Positions 43,285 through 53,789 are shown, counted from the first letter of the stretch. The stretch: DNA of 64,000 nt from Bdellovibrionota bacterium (GCA_041740355.1 JBGSMD010000039.1:32001-96000); one strand, 5' to 3'. Translations and numbers: made by a program. Notes: a model not told the origin generated them from the sequence alone.

Positions 43285-44053
43285 CTGTTAATTTGTTTGT
43301 CGTAGTAGAATCCTTATGTCGAATTGAGGTTTCTAAATATTCACAAATACTATTTAATGCTATAGTTATTTTTAATTCAATCCCCAATAGTTCTTGTTTA
43401 GTAAAATAGTCCCCTAGCTCATTCTTTAATTTTTGAGGATTAAGATTAATAACCTCTTTTCTAAGCAACTCTATGAATTCTACTAAGCTCAGGGAGGTTT
43501 TGGCGTTCTTGAGATTTCTAGCAAATTCAATTTTTTTTAGACGCTTATTTAGTATCTGTAGATCTGGCCTAACGTTTAAAAAAGTATAAAGATAATAAAT
43601 ATCATATAAATCTTTAGCTAATCGTCTTTCTAACCAAGCCGCAATCTTATTCGATAAGGACCATTCTAAATCTGCTATCCTAACTATGAATGATGGCATT
43701 TTTATCTCAGGCAAAGCTTCTGTGCTAATTGCCATAGATTTTAAATGACTATACGTCTTAATCTCTAATTGACTTTTAAATCCCTGATAATCCAAACTTA
43801 CCCGTAGACACTGGGAGTTTAATTCATATTGATATTTTAAATTTTCAATACTATCCAATAACTCCAAGAGTGGCTTTAAAATATCCTTTTTGGATTTAAA
43901 GGGAACAAAGGCATAATCTAGATCGTTAGTGTACCTTTTAGAATTGAGCAAATACAAAGCCATTCCGCCTCGAATGATTGCCTGCGAACGAAATTTTTCG
44001 CTAATAGCTTTCATCATAAATACCATCAAATCAATTTCTGATTTAATATTCAT
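43274..44053 (-). CDS. AbiEii/AbiGii-family nucleotidyltransferase toxin (type IV TA)
   Basis: IIRGGMAL, RYTNDLDY, NKIAAWLER..KDLYDI; start chosen at the ATG overlapping the upstream gene. Confidence 0.85.
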   Translation of the reverse strand: MNIKSEIDLMVFMMKAISEKFRSQAIIRGGMALYLLNSKRYTNDLDYAFVPFKSKKDILKPLLELLDSIENLKYQYELNSQCLRVSLDYQGFKSQLEIKTYSHLKSMAISTEALPEIKMPSFIVRIADLEWSLSNKIAAWLERRLAKDLYDIYYLYTFLNVRPDLQILNKRLKKIEFARNLKNAKTSLSLVEFIELLRKEVINLNPQKLKNELGDYFTKQELLGIELKITIALNSICEYLETSIRHKDSTTTNKLTEFA

Positions 44054-44645
44054 AATCATCCAAAAGTTTCTGAACAAAAGATCTAAATTTTACGTTGTTA
44101 TAATTGGTTAAGAGACTATCAACCTTAGAACGTTTTAATAGCGACAGGTTTAAATCTGAATAAATGTTAAATGAAGGCACAAAGCCTTTCTGGTAATAAT
44201 ATAACAAATCTAAAAATGCTTTCTCTTTAGAGGCATATTTAATTCCATTTTTAAATTCAAAATCTAAAAACAAGTCTTTAGAAATACTGAAATAAATTAT
44301 TCTAATTCCACAATTATTAAACTCCTTATTTCTACCTAATTTAACAGCATAAATAGTCATTTGCGGAACAGAGCCAATAATTAAATTCTTAGCTAAAATT
44401 GTTCCCAAACTAAGATATGATTCTGGGTAAATTTTTTGGCATAATAATTCTGGATCAAAGTTATCGGAGAGATAAAAACCGTTAATAAAGCGTTTAATGA
44501 TCTTACATTCGATGCACTTCTTCAGAGCAGAATTAATCTTTTGGGAATCAGACAATCCAACAAGATTCGCGAAGTCAGCAATACTAACTACTCCCCCCAG
44601 TTTGTTAATTTCTTGCTGATATAATGATAATTCACCAAATTTCAT
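44043..44645 (-). CDS. AbiEi-like antitoxin
   Basis: N-terminal wHTH-like region, PESYLSLGTILA, ASKEKAFLDLLY; overlaps the toxin gene. Confidence 0.8.
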   Translation of the reverse strand: MKFGELSLYQQEINKLGGVVSIADFANLVGLSDSQKINSALKKCIECKIIKRFINGFYLSDNFDPELLCQKIYPESYLSLGTILAKNLIIGSVPQMTIYAVKLGRNKEFNNCGIRIIYFSISKDLFLDFEFKNGIKYASKEKAFLDLLYYYQKGFVPSFNIYSDLNLSLLKRSKVDSLLTNYNNVKFRSFVQKLLDDYEY

Positions 44646-44687
44646 AATGATACTTTTATATCATAAAATGATATTTCTGTCATTATG
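44643..44687. promoter_or_regulatory. Putative AbiE operator (inverted and direct repeats at the start codon)
   Basis: CATAATGA...TCATTATG inverted repeat plus a TCATAA(AA)TGATA direct repeat. Confidence 0.45.
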
Positions 44688-44989
44688 TTTATATTACCCA
44701 GCTGTAGTGATTTATCGTTTGGAGCACTGCCAAAGTTGCAGTAAATAATATTTTAAATGGAAAACTTGCCAGTGTTTTGGTAGATTATAGAAAGTATTAT
44801 TGCCCTGACTAATCGCTCAAAAAAAGTTGGAGTAAGTTCCGCACCCCTCTACTTGCTAAAAATCAAATTTATTATAGTTTTTTCAGTAAGTTACTCTAGT
44901 TTGAAACAGCTAGTTTTTTCACAAATATATACTAGTTTTTGTGAAAAATTATCTGTGTAACTTAGATACCAAATAGGTCCAAAATGACA

Positions 44990-47900
44990 TTAATTAGGCC
45001 GATTCTTCTTAAAATTCTCAGCCTGCTCAAAGATCTCCACGTAAACCTCATCCTTATCCACTGGTGGATAACCAAATTGATCAAGCAGAATAATTAGTCC
45101 AACCTTTAAGGCAGCTTTAATATCATCGCGCTTATTCCAGTCGGGGAATTTAGATTGACCCTCCACTAAATCCTTAACAGCTATTGCTAATTCAATTAAT
45201 TTATCTTCTGGATAGCGAAAGTCATACTTTACACAAAGTTCTTTTAGAATGTCGTAAAAAGCTTTCTCTTCAAAATCAATTCCTAAGGCATCACCTGCGG
45301 AAAACTCTTTATGAACTTCCCAAATAAGCTCAGTCAGCTGATCCGCCATATCTTCATAAACTTCACTGCGTAGCACATCACTTTCGTCACGTTCGTTGTA
45401 ACGCTCCACCAAGGCTTGCATCTTTTTAGAGAAATCTATGCCCTTTACTCGATTCACCTTTTTAATTTCACCAATTACTTTAGCAAGCAACTGTTGCAAC
45501 AATTTGATTTTAGTATTTGGTAATTTAATTTTATCAATTTTTGCTAGGTAATCTTCATCAAAAATATCCTGCGTGTTATCCTCTGAATCTCCTAGCTTGA
45601 AGATCTCCTGCACGCCATCACTTTCTAGCGCTTGCTTAATCATTTCCCTAACTCGGGCATTCATTTGCGCTGTGTCAGGGGCATTTCCCTTGGTTAATTT
45701 AAAGACAATTGAACGAACTGCTAAGTAAAAATGAGTAAAGTCTTTTTCATTTTGCGTTAGTTTCTCACTTCCAGAGCAAATGTCATAAGCCGCCTTTAAG
45801 CGCTTAACCATTTCCATAAAACGAGTTTCAAAGTCTTTCGTTTGTTGAGCAAACTCAGCCGCTAGCTTTAGGCAACTTAATTGCTCTAGTGAGGAACCAT
45901 GGAAATATTTAGTACTATCAAATTTATGAAAAAGTTTGGCTAGCAAATCTAAATGATTTCTAACAACGACTAAAGACTCGGCAACATCTTCAAAATTATC
46001 TTTGTCGCCTTTATTGTACTTAGCTAAAGCTAAATTCATTTGCTTTTTAATACCGATGTAATCGACAACTAAGCCCTTATTCTTGTCCTTAAACTTACGA
46101 TTAACCCGAGAGATGGTTTGGATTAAGTTGTGTTGTTTAATTGGTTTATCAATGTAAATACTATCAAGGAATGGCACGTCAAACCCAGTGAGCCACATGT
46201 CAACAACTATCGCAATTTTGAAATTGGATTTTTCATTCTTAAACTCAACATCTAAAGTTTTTCTGTACTCACTTGTTCCTAATAAATCATAAAGTGCTTT
46301 CTCGTCATCCTTACTCCGAGTCATCACTAAATTAATTTGTTGGATTGGTTTAATCTTCTTCTGTTCTTCTTCCGAAAGTTCAATATTATCTGCGGAAACT
46401 TTTATTTCTTTCCATTCGGGACGAATATCCGTCACATACTTATAAAGATCATAAGCAATCTCCCTACTACTACAAACAAACATCGCTTTGCCTTTAACAG
46501 TAGCACCTTCTGATATTCTTTTGTCGTAATGTTCTACGAAATCCTTTGCGACAGCTTTTAATCGTTTCGGGTCTCCCAGAATCGCATTCATTTTGGCAGA
46601 TTCTTCTTTGCTCTGTTCAATCTGGTATTCATTAGCCCCCTCTAGTGCAACTTCTTCGTAATACTTTTCAATTTTCTCAAGTTCACTATTATTAAGTGCC
46701 ACCTTAGCAGCGCGTCCTTCATAAACAATTCGAACTGTAATTTCATCGCGCACAGATTCGGTCATGGTGTAGGAATCCACGACTTTCCCAAAGACATCCA
46801 GCGTGGCGTCAATTGGCGTTCCCGTAAAACCTACAAAGGTAGCATTAGGCAGTGAATCATGCAGATACTTGGCAAAACCATAAGTTTTCTTTACTCCCGT
46901 TTCTGTTACCTTCACCTTCTGGTCTAAATTCACCTGACTGCGATGTGCTTCATCGGAAATACAAATCACATTGTTTCTTTCGGTGAGTAATTGAGTATCT
47001 TCAGTGAACTTGTGGATCGTGGTCAGAAATACCCCACCGCTTTGCCTTCCTTGAATTAACTCTCGGAGCTGTGCCCTGCTCTCCACACTAATAATCTGAT
47101 TATCCCCAATAAAGTGCTTGGCATTAGTAAATTGCCGGGACAACTGATCATCTAAATCAGTTCTGTCGGTAATCATAATTATTGTAGGGCTAGCAAAGTA
47201 CTCACTTTTCATTAGTAACCTAGCTAAGTAGAGCATAGTAAAGCTCTTGCCACAGCCAGTCGCTCCAAAGTAAGTACCCCCTTTTCCATCTCCCTTAGGT
47301 TTTTGTGCTAATTTAATATTTTCAAATAAACACTTAGCCGCGTAATATTGTGGATAACGGCACACTATCTTTTCATCAATTTTGGATGTGTCGGGAATGT
47401 ATATAAAGTTCCGAATAATATCCCGCAGTCTATTTTGATTAAACATGCCCTGCACCAAGGTGAACATGCTATCAATCCCATCCACATCCTTTGCTAACCC
47501 TGCAACTCTTCGCCAAGCATAGAAAAATTCATACGGTGCAAAAAAGGAACCTGCTTTATTATTCACCCCGTCACTAATCACACAGAAAGTGTTGTACTTA
47601 AAAAGCTCGGGGATATCCCTTTTGTAACGAATAGTTAATTGAGTAAAAGCGTCATGGATAGTTGCTTCTTCCCTAACAGCACTCTTAAATTCAAAAACTA
47701 CTATGGGCAAACCATTGATGTAAACAATTCCATCAGGAATTCGCTTTTCCGATCCAACAATTTCTAATTGATTTACAAATTTATAGATATTCTGATCTGT
47801 TGGGTAAGCTAATTTCTTATCAGCAACAATCGTATCTAAATCATTACTAGCTAGTTGTACTTCAAGCCCTGCATAATCAATTAACTCAATGTGAATGTCT

Positions 47901-48199
47901 TTCTGATTGCGATCTTCCCGCTTTAAAATGAACCCATCACTTAACCACCTTAAGATGGTTTTATTACTTTCATATAAATCACTAGCTGGTAAACTTTTAA
48001 GTTGCAGTACAATTGATTTAGCTTCAGTATTAGTTAGGTTTTGCTTTTGATACTTAGTAAGTAAATATTTAAGCAGATCTTCTTCGATTAAAACTTCATC
48101 CACTGACCTAGTGATGGTGTTGCCCAAATGATGTGGGAAACCTTCTTGCTCTAGTAATTCGATAAAGGCATTTTCTAGTTTAGCTTCGGTGAATTTCAT
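44990..48199 (-). CDS. hsdR: Type I restriction enzyme R subunit
   Basis: RIPDGIVYINGLPIVVFEFK nuclease motif, GATGCGKS, DEAHRS, FTGTP, MWLTGFD, QTISRVNR. Confidence 0.95.
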   Translation of the reverse strand: MKFTEAKLENAFIELLEQEGFPHHLGNTITRSVDEVLIEEDLLKYLLTKYQKQNLTNTEAKSIVLQLKSLPASDLYESNKTILRWLSDGFILKREDRNQKDIHIELIDYAGLEVQLASNDLDTIVADKKLAYPTDQNIYKFVNQLEIVGSEKRIPDGIVYINGLPIVVFEFKSAVREEATIHDAFTQLTIRYKRDIPELFKYNTFCVISDGVNNKAGSFFAPYEFFYAWRRVAGLAKDVDGIDSMFTLVQGMFNQNRLRDIIRNFIYIPDTSKIDEKIVCRYPQYYAAKCLFENIKLAQKPKGDGKGGTYFGATGCGKSFTMLYLARLLMKSEYFASPTIIMITDRTDLDDQLSRQFTNAKHFIGDNQIISVESRAQLRELIQGRQSGGVFLTTIHKFTEDTQLLTERNNVICISDEAHRSQVNLDQKVKVTETGVKKTYGFAKYLHDSLPNATFVGFTGTPIDATLDVFGKVVDSYTMTESVRDEITVRIVYEGRAAKVALNNSELEKIEKYYEEVALEGANEYQIEQSKEESAKMNAILGDPKRLKAVAKDFVEHYDKRISEGATVKGKAMFVCSSREIAYDLYKYVTDIRPEWKEIKVSADNIELSEEEQKKIKPIQQINLVMTRSKDDEKALYDLLGTSEYRKTLDVEFKNEKSNFKIAIVVDMWLTGFDVPFLDSIYIDKPIKQHNLIQTISRVNRKFKDKNKGLVVDYIGIKKQMNLALAKYNKGDKDNFEDVAESLVVVRNHLDLLAKLFHKFDSTKYFHGSSLEQLSCLKLAAEFAQQTKDFETRFMEMVKRLKAAYDICSGSEKLTQNEKDFTHFYLAVRSIVFKLTKGNAPDTAQMNARVREMIKQALESDGVQEIFKLGDSEDNTQDIFDEDYLAKIDKIKLPNTKIKLLQQLLAKVIGEIKKVNRVKGIDFSKKMQALVERYNERDESDVLRSEVYEDMADQLTELIWEVHKEFSAGDALGIDFEEKAFYDILKELCVKYDFRYPEDKLIELAIAVKDLVEGQSKFPDWNKRDDIKAALKVGLIILLDQFGYPPVDKDEVYVEIFEQAENFKKNRPN

Positions 48200-48203
48200 T
48201 GGG

Positions 48204-49463
48204 TTAATTTTCTATGGTTGCTAGTTTGGAAAGAATCAAGTCATTCAATTTTTTAGCCTTACTACACTCATTAATTTTATTGAGAATTGTTTCGATCATA
48301 GGCTTACATATGTTATTAAAACATTTGATAATGGTTTCTGTCGGTAAAACCATCTTTATCTCTTCAATCTGTTTGTAACTAATATTTGCCTGGGCGCTAT
48401 CTCCGCCGACATTTGCAATCTCATTTCTTACAAAATCGGTTAATAAATTAAAATATAGAAATGCTGCTTTCTTAATTGGTTTCTCACCTAGATCAAAGAC
48501 TCCAACACGCTGATTTACAAAAATTGTTGTATTTATTTCTGGAACTAATCCTATCTTTCCAATTGTTGCACCAGTCATTGCAATTACAATATCACCTTTT
48601 TGTACTTGATAGCTTTCTGCCTTTTTTGCCTTATTTTCATTAATATAACCTAATGAATTAAAATCAATTGTATTATTAGCAATACTTCCAATTTTAATTA
48701 CGGGAAGACCATTTGTATTCCACCATTCGCTCTTAAAAGCATACCCAGATTTTACCTTTGAATATTGACCAATACTAGAAACTTCCCACCCTTTTGGAAT
48801 CTCTCTGTCTAATTCTTCATTATAAATCATTTCACCACCGCTACTTTTATAAGGCTTACCATTTTTATCAGGCTTGCCCTGAGCGAAGTCGAAGGGAAAT
48901 TCAAAATCAACAAACCACTGCTTATAAATTGCTTGCGCTGTTTCTTCTAACTTTTGAATCAGTTGGTGATTAAGTTCAATCCGATCTTGGATAACTTTAT
49001 ATTCTTTAACAACCTGTTTTTGCTTTGCAATGGAGGGGACTGGCAATTTCATTTCACAAAAATCCTCCCATTCTAAGCTTCCCCTAACTCCACCAACTGC
49101 ATTAAAACATGCTTCCCGATCAAACTCAGAACGAATAAACCACATCATTAGATATTCAGGAATAAGTTCTTCAAGATTTTTTATTTCAAAAACAGAATAA
49201 GCTTGTGAAATAATGGCCTCTTCTAACTCTTCCAATAAGGCAACAGGCATCTTTTTGTCGCGTCTTACTTGCATGGTACTACATGCAAATTGGTTTTTTC
49301 GGATAATTTTATAGTTTTCCATATCTGTGCCAATTATATTAGCAACAGATGGAATAAATTGTTTCGAGATACTCAATCCTAAAAGTTGTTTAACCTTAAG
49401 ACCTTTATTTCGTTCATCTACTAGCTGGATATGTTGACCAATGCTTTTATAACTTGATTTCAT
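48204..49463 (-). CDS. hsdS: Type I restriction-modification S subunit
   Basis: Two TRDs separated by the conserved LEETAQAIYKQWFVDFEF..YKSSGGEM..EIPKGW spacer. Confidence 0.92.
   Translation of the reverse strand: MKSSYKSIGQHIQLVDERNKGLKVKQLLGLSISKQFIPSVANIIGTDMENYKIIRKNQFACSTMQVRRDKKMPVALLEELEEAIISQAYSVFEIKNLEELIPEYLMMWFIRSEFDREACFNAVGGVRGSLEWEDFCEMKLPVPSIAKQKQVVKEYKVIQDRIELNHQLIQKLEETAQAIYKQWFVDFEFPFDFAQGKPDKNGKPYKSSGGEMIYNEELDREIPKGWEVSSIGQYSKVKSGYAFKSEWWNTNGLPVIKIGSIANNTIDFNSLGYINENKAKKAESYQVQKGDIVIAMTGATIGKIGLVPEINTTIFVNQRVGVFDLGEKPIKKAAFLYFNLLTDFVRNEIANVGGDSAQANISYKQIEEIKMVLPTETIIKCFNNICKPMIETILNKINECSKAKKLNDLILSKLATIEN
48873..48896. repeat. 24-bp palindromic unit in frame within hsdS (encodes PFDFAQGK)
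   Basis: CTTGCCCTGAGCGAAGTCGAAGGG is a GC-rich hairpin in an AT-rich gene, at a normally contiguous motif. Confidence 0.7.
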
Positions 49464-51009
49464 AACCCAGTTCTTTAAAAACATTCAGTAAATCATCCTT
49501 AGAACTAGATTCGGCTTTTAATAATCCAGTAAATTCATCTTGCAAAGATTTCATCTTTTCATCAAAGTCAATATTTTCATCACGATTAATGAATTTGATA
49601 TATTTACTTGGGACCAAGGAGAAATCTTTTTTGATAACTTCTTCAATTGAAGCGGAATAACAGAACTCAGCGATATCTTGATAGGAATTATTTTCTTGTT
49701 GCCAGTTGTGATAAGTTGCTCCAATATTTTTAATCTGCTCATCGCTAAATTGGATAAATTTCTTTTCAAAAGGTACTCCAATCTGCCTTAAATCCAGAAA
49801 TAAAATTTCTTTTTCACGGTCGCGATAATTTCGTTGCTCGTCACCAATACTTCGACTATGTGCTTTCTTATTCTTGTTTAGAATCCAAATCGTTACGCTA
49901 ATATTTGTGGTGTAAAACATGTCTTGAGGCAAAACCATAATTGCTTCTACAATATTATTTTCAATTAACTTTCTTCTAATCTTATACTCTTCCCCACCAC
50001 CACTAAGTGCACCATTAGCCAGAATAAACCCAGCTACTCCATTTTCAGAAAGCTTAGAAACCATATTTAAAATCCAAGCATAATTGGCATTACTCTTAGG
50101 TGGAGTTTCGTATCCTTTCCAACGGGGGTCATCTGTTAATTCACTTTGCGCGCGCCAGTCTTTTTGATTAAACGGCGGATTTGCCATAATAAAATCAGCT
50201 TTTAAATCCTTGTGCTGATCGTCGGCAAATGTGTCAGCCGCTTTCTCCCCTAAGTTTCCAGCAATTCCCCTGATCGCTAAGTTCATCTTAGCAAGTTTGT
50301 AGGTGGTGTTAGTATATTCTTGTCCGTAAATAGAAATTTCTTTTTTGTTACCGTGATGGTTTTCAATAAATTTAATCGACTGTACAAACATACCGCCAGA
50401 TCCACATGCTGGGTCATAAATAATTCCTTTGTAAGGCTCAATCATTTCAGCAATTAAGTTTACAATGCTTTTAGGTGTATAGAACTCTCCCTTTCCCTTG
50501 CCTTCAGCTAAAGCAAATTTTGACAAGAAATATTCATAAACTCGCCCAACAATGTCTTGGGATTTATCTTTTAAGGTATCAATATCATTAATGGTATCCA
50601 GCAGTGAGGCTAATTTTGTAATGTCTAGTCCTAATCGGGAGAAGTAATTATCGGGCAAAGCTCCTTTTAAGGCTTTGTTGTTTTTCTCGATGTTGTGAAG
50701 GGCAGTGTCAATTTTAAGAGCAATGTCGTTCTGCTTGGAATTTTTCATGATAAAACTCCAACGGGAGATTTCATCTAAGAAAAACACATTGCTTTGATTA
50801 TAGAACTCAGCCATTTCCATGTACTTTTCTTGCCCCTTCGCAATTAAAGTTTGGCGATGTTCTTCAAATTTATCACTAGCAAACTTTAGGAAGATCAGAC
50901 TTAATACTACGTGTTTGTATTCTGCTGGCTCGACACTTCCCCTTAGCTTATTAGCTGAATCCCAAAGTGTTTCTTCGATTGATTTTTGTTTTACTTCTTT
51001 TTTCGCCAT
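49447..51009 (-). CDS. hsdM: Type I restriction-modification M subunit (m6A methyltransferase)
   Basis: LWDSANKLRG, GEFYTP, YDPACGSGG, MANPPF. Confidence 0.96.
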   Translation of the reverse strand: MAKKEVKQKSIEETLWDSANKLRGSVEPAEYKHVVLSLIFLKFASDKFEEHRQTLIAKGQEKYMEMAEFYNQSNVFFLDEISRWSFIMKNSKQNDIALKIDTALHNIEKNNKALKGALPDNYFSRLGLDITKLASLLDTINDIDTLKDKSQDIVGRVYEYFLSKFALAEGKGKGEFYTPKSIVNLIAEMIEPYKGIIYDPACGSGGMFVQSIKFIENHHGNKKEISIYGQEYTNTTYKLAKMNLAIRGIAGNLGEKAADTFADDQHKDLKADFIMANPPFNQKDWRAQSELTDDPRWKGYETPPKSNANYAWILNMVSKLSENGVAGFILANGALSGGGEEYKIRRKLIENNIVEAIMVLPQDMFYTTNISVTIWILNKNKKAHSRSIGDEQRNYRDREKEILFLDLRQIGVPFEKKFIQFSDEQIKNIGATYHNWQQENNSYQDIAEFCYSASIEEVIKKDFSLVPSKYIKFINRDENIDFDEKMKSLQDEFTGLLKAESSSKDDLLNVFKELGYEIKL

Positions 51010-51168
51010 GATCTACTTTAATGCTACTTTCTTCCTGGCTATAACTTAAGACGATGTCTTAGCTTCTGTTTAGAAACGCCATTCTGAATAGAAAATTTAG
51101 GCTAAAAGGACTGGTCTGGCAATTGTTAAAGCGCCTTTAGACTCGAATTTGGGCTGATCTAGCATTCC

Positions 51169-52359
51169 CTATCTTCGCAAAAACCGATCGGTAAAAGTTT
51201 CCTCTTTGAATTCAAAGTTTTTAGGTTCTAGTTCCATTAAGAATTGGTTAGGATCATCTAAGCCAATTTCAATTTGACTCAGGTAATTTTCTATAAATCT
51301 GTTTCTCATCAGTTCCAAGTCTTGGGGTACCCGAACATCAATTACTTGGCTAACCGGAAAATGATTTAAGGAGGCGCTGAGATGTTCTAAAGATACCCAA
51401 TAAATTCCATTAGACGAATCAATGATTTGTAGATCCATCTTGCCATCTTCCACTTTATATCCAGAAATGACAACTGCATGGCTATCTATTTTGTTGCTTT
51501 GATTACCGGACATTAAATAGCTAGCAGAAACTGAGACATAAATCGGGTCACCGCAATCTAGTAAGTCTTTAATTACAGCAGCATTATGTTTTACTGCGAT
51601 ATCTTCTTTAGTTGCAGATAAATCCTGTTCAAATTTTAATTTAAGGAGGGAAGTTATTATATCTTCATTACCTGATAATTTACCCAAGGCTTCAGCAAAT
51701 AAATTATTTTTAAAAATTGTTGGATCAAAATAAGCAGCGAGTCCCAGCTCCACCTGCTTGTCTCTAGTTGAAATCAAATGAGCTTTTGTCGGTGTTAATT
51801 CTAAATTACTAGATGGAACTAACTCGATTGCTAATTCAATTGTTGGAATATTTAAACCATTTCGATCAACTGCGGCGTTTAATAAACTAGTTAAAAGAGT
51901 TGGATCTATCTGATGCCCCCGACAAAGTAGTCCATGAGTCATGGCCCAGGCGGCGCAAGTTCCATGCATTGATTGATAATGCCACCCACCTTGGTATTCC
52001 CTATTGCCATTTGGAAGTTCCGTATTAAATCGCGCACTAGCTTCTATTGTTGATTGTAGAAACTTCCCCGTATCAGGCATTAGCAGATTTACATTATGAT
52101 CAATTGGACTTGCTAATAATCTTCGGACACTTTGCTGAGAGTAAGAATCTACCGGTTCATCGCTTCGGCATTTATTAAAATTTTGAATTGCTTCGAATAA
52201 TCGAACTAATACTACCTTATCTTCTGATACGCATGGAATGGAATTATATAATTTTAGGTCTTTGATAATATTATCAAACAACTCGAGTGGTCCCACGGGC
52301 AAGACTGGCTCTCCTTTCTTTATATGATTACTACTTTGTGGGTCGTTACTTGGTTGCAT
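51169..52359 (-). CDS. Hypothetical protein with a papain/C39-like cysteine peptidase signature
   Basis: YQSMHGTCAAWAM, SHAVVISGY, QIIDSS give Q-C/H/D in the expected order. Confidence 0.6.
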   Translation of the reverse strand: MQPSNDPQSSNHIKKGEPVLPVGPLELFDNIIKDLKLYNSIPCVSEDKVVLVRLFEAIQNFNKCRSDEPVDSYSQQSVRRLLASPIDHNVNLLMPDTGKFLQSTIEASARFNTELPNGNREYQGGWHYQSMHGTCAAWAMTHGLLCRGHQIDPTLLTSLLNAAVDRNGLNIPTIELAIELVPSSNLELTPTKAHLISTRDKQVELGLAAYFDPTIFKNNLFAEALGKLSGNEDIITSLLKLKFEQDLSATKEDIAVKHNAAVIKDLLDCGDPIYVSVSASYLMSGNQSNKIDSHAVVISGYKVEDGKMDLQIIDSSNGIYWVSLEHLSASLNHFPVSQVIDVRVPQDLELMRNRFIENYLSQIEIGLDDPNQFLMELEPKNFEFKEETFTDRFLRR

Positions 52360-52513
52360 ATTCACAAAAACATCTGCAGAATTTCCTTTCTTGGTTATAA
52401 CTAAATCACTGAGTAGTGTTGCATAAAATCCACTTATTTTGCTTCCCCGAGGTCCCTGACACCTTAATAATGAAATAAATCCACTTAAATTTCTAATTAG
52501 ACCAAAAAATACT

Positions 52514-52542
52514 TGTTTATAGTTTATAGTAAACTATAAACA
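52514..52542. promoter_or_regulatory. Perfect 13-bp inverted repeat
   Basis: TGTTTATAGTTTA-tag-TAAACTATAAACA. Confidence 0.5.
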
Positions 52543-52739
52543 TGAAATTAGAGACAAAAAATAGAATCTTGGAATTGTTGTCTTCTAACTCAGCACAAAG
52601 ACCAGAGGTTCTGGCAACTCAACTGAAGATTTTACCACAAGCATTACCTCGCCATCTAAAGATCCTTACTGAGAATAAGTAGCTCATTAGATTGGGACTG
52701 CACCTCAAGTCTTGTATGAATTACCACCCAAACTCCGCT

Positions 52740-53687
52740 TTAAAATTCTAAGACAGCCATAACCTCCTGCAAGCTTGTGGTCCGTTTAATTCTATCAAAA
52801 AACTCTCTTCCAACTAAATCATTCTTAGAAAACCAAATCGAAAACTCCTTATAAACTCCAATAAATTTCTTTTTAGAAACTTGCTCCTTGGCTAGGTATG
52901 CCTGTAAGAGTCTTTTAGCAAAATCAAGGAGCATCTCTTTGGTAACAACAAACTCCTCCTGCTTTTGAAAATAAGATTTCAATTCATTAAATAAAAATGG
53001 ATTGGTAATAGCAGGACGCCCACACATAATCCCCGAAACGCCAGTTTCTAAAACACGCTTAGCGATTTCCACACTACTAATATCGCCATTGCCAATTACT
53101 GGGTACGGCAAAATCCTAACGGCATCATTAAAAAAATCATAATTAACTTTCTCTTCGTATTTCCCAGCCTGACTACGAGCATGAACTGTCAGGAAATCTA
53201 AGGGGCAATCTTTTAGAACTTCCAAGATTTCAGTAAAGTTTTCACTACTTTGAAAACCCAGTCTGGTTTTAATTGATAAAGTCCCAGAATGAACTCCGCG
53301 CATCGCCTGAATAATTGCAACTAGTTTTTTAGGATCTAATAGCAAGGCTGAGCCTGCGCCACTACAGGTAACTCTTTTGGAGGGGCAACCCACATTTAAA
53401 TCTATCCAGTCAGAATCTTGCAGTGTACTTCTTATTTTTAAAAATTTCATGCAATTGCTAATTACTTGCGGTGTCGTTCCCATGACCTGCACTTGAAGTG
53501 GGACTTGATAGCGATTAAATTCAGGAATCTTTTGGCGTTCGCCTGTAATTCTAATAAATTCAGTGGCAACAACATCCACTCCTCCCAGATCCACAATTTC
53601 TTTTCGAAAAATAGAATTAGTAATGCCCTCCATTGGAGCAAGGAATAAGACTGGTTTGTTTTCTTTTTTAAAAATCTCTGGGGACAT
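52740..53687 (-). CDS. tRNA-dihydrouridine synthase family protein
   Basis: LAPMEG, IDLNVGCP, GAGSALL, KTRLG, TVHAR, IGNGDI, MCGR; start uncertain. Confidence 0.9.
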   Translation of the reverse strand: MSPEIFKKENKPVLFLAPMEGITNSIFRKEIVDLGGVDVVATEFIRITGERQKIPEFNRYQVPLQVQVMGTTPQVISNCMKFLKIRSTLQDSDWIDLNVGCPSKRVTCSGAGSALLLDPKKLVAIIQAMRGVHSGTLSIKTRLGFQSSENFTEILEVLKDCPLDFLTVHARSQAGKYEEKVNYDFFNDAVRILPYPVIGNGDISSVEIAKRVLETGVSGIMCGRPAITNPFLFNELKSYFQKQEEFVVTKEMLLDFAKRLLQAYLAKEQVSKKKFIGVYKEFSIWFSKNDLVGREFFDRIKRTTSLQEVMAVLEF

Positions 53688-53789
53688 CTGGAAAAGATAG
53701 CAAGAGATTCTGTTTTTTACCAATTAGCAATTGATTTTTCAGAAGAGAATCAATTAGGAAAAGGATTTAGGAGAAAATTGGAGTGGAAG

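Noticed and set aside
39622-52740. tRNA-Leu-anchored genomic island containing the defence genes
   Set aside because: No integrase or duplicated tRNA end was found, and the core gene yebC lies in between.
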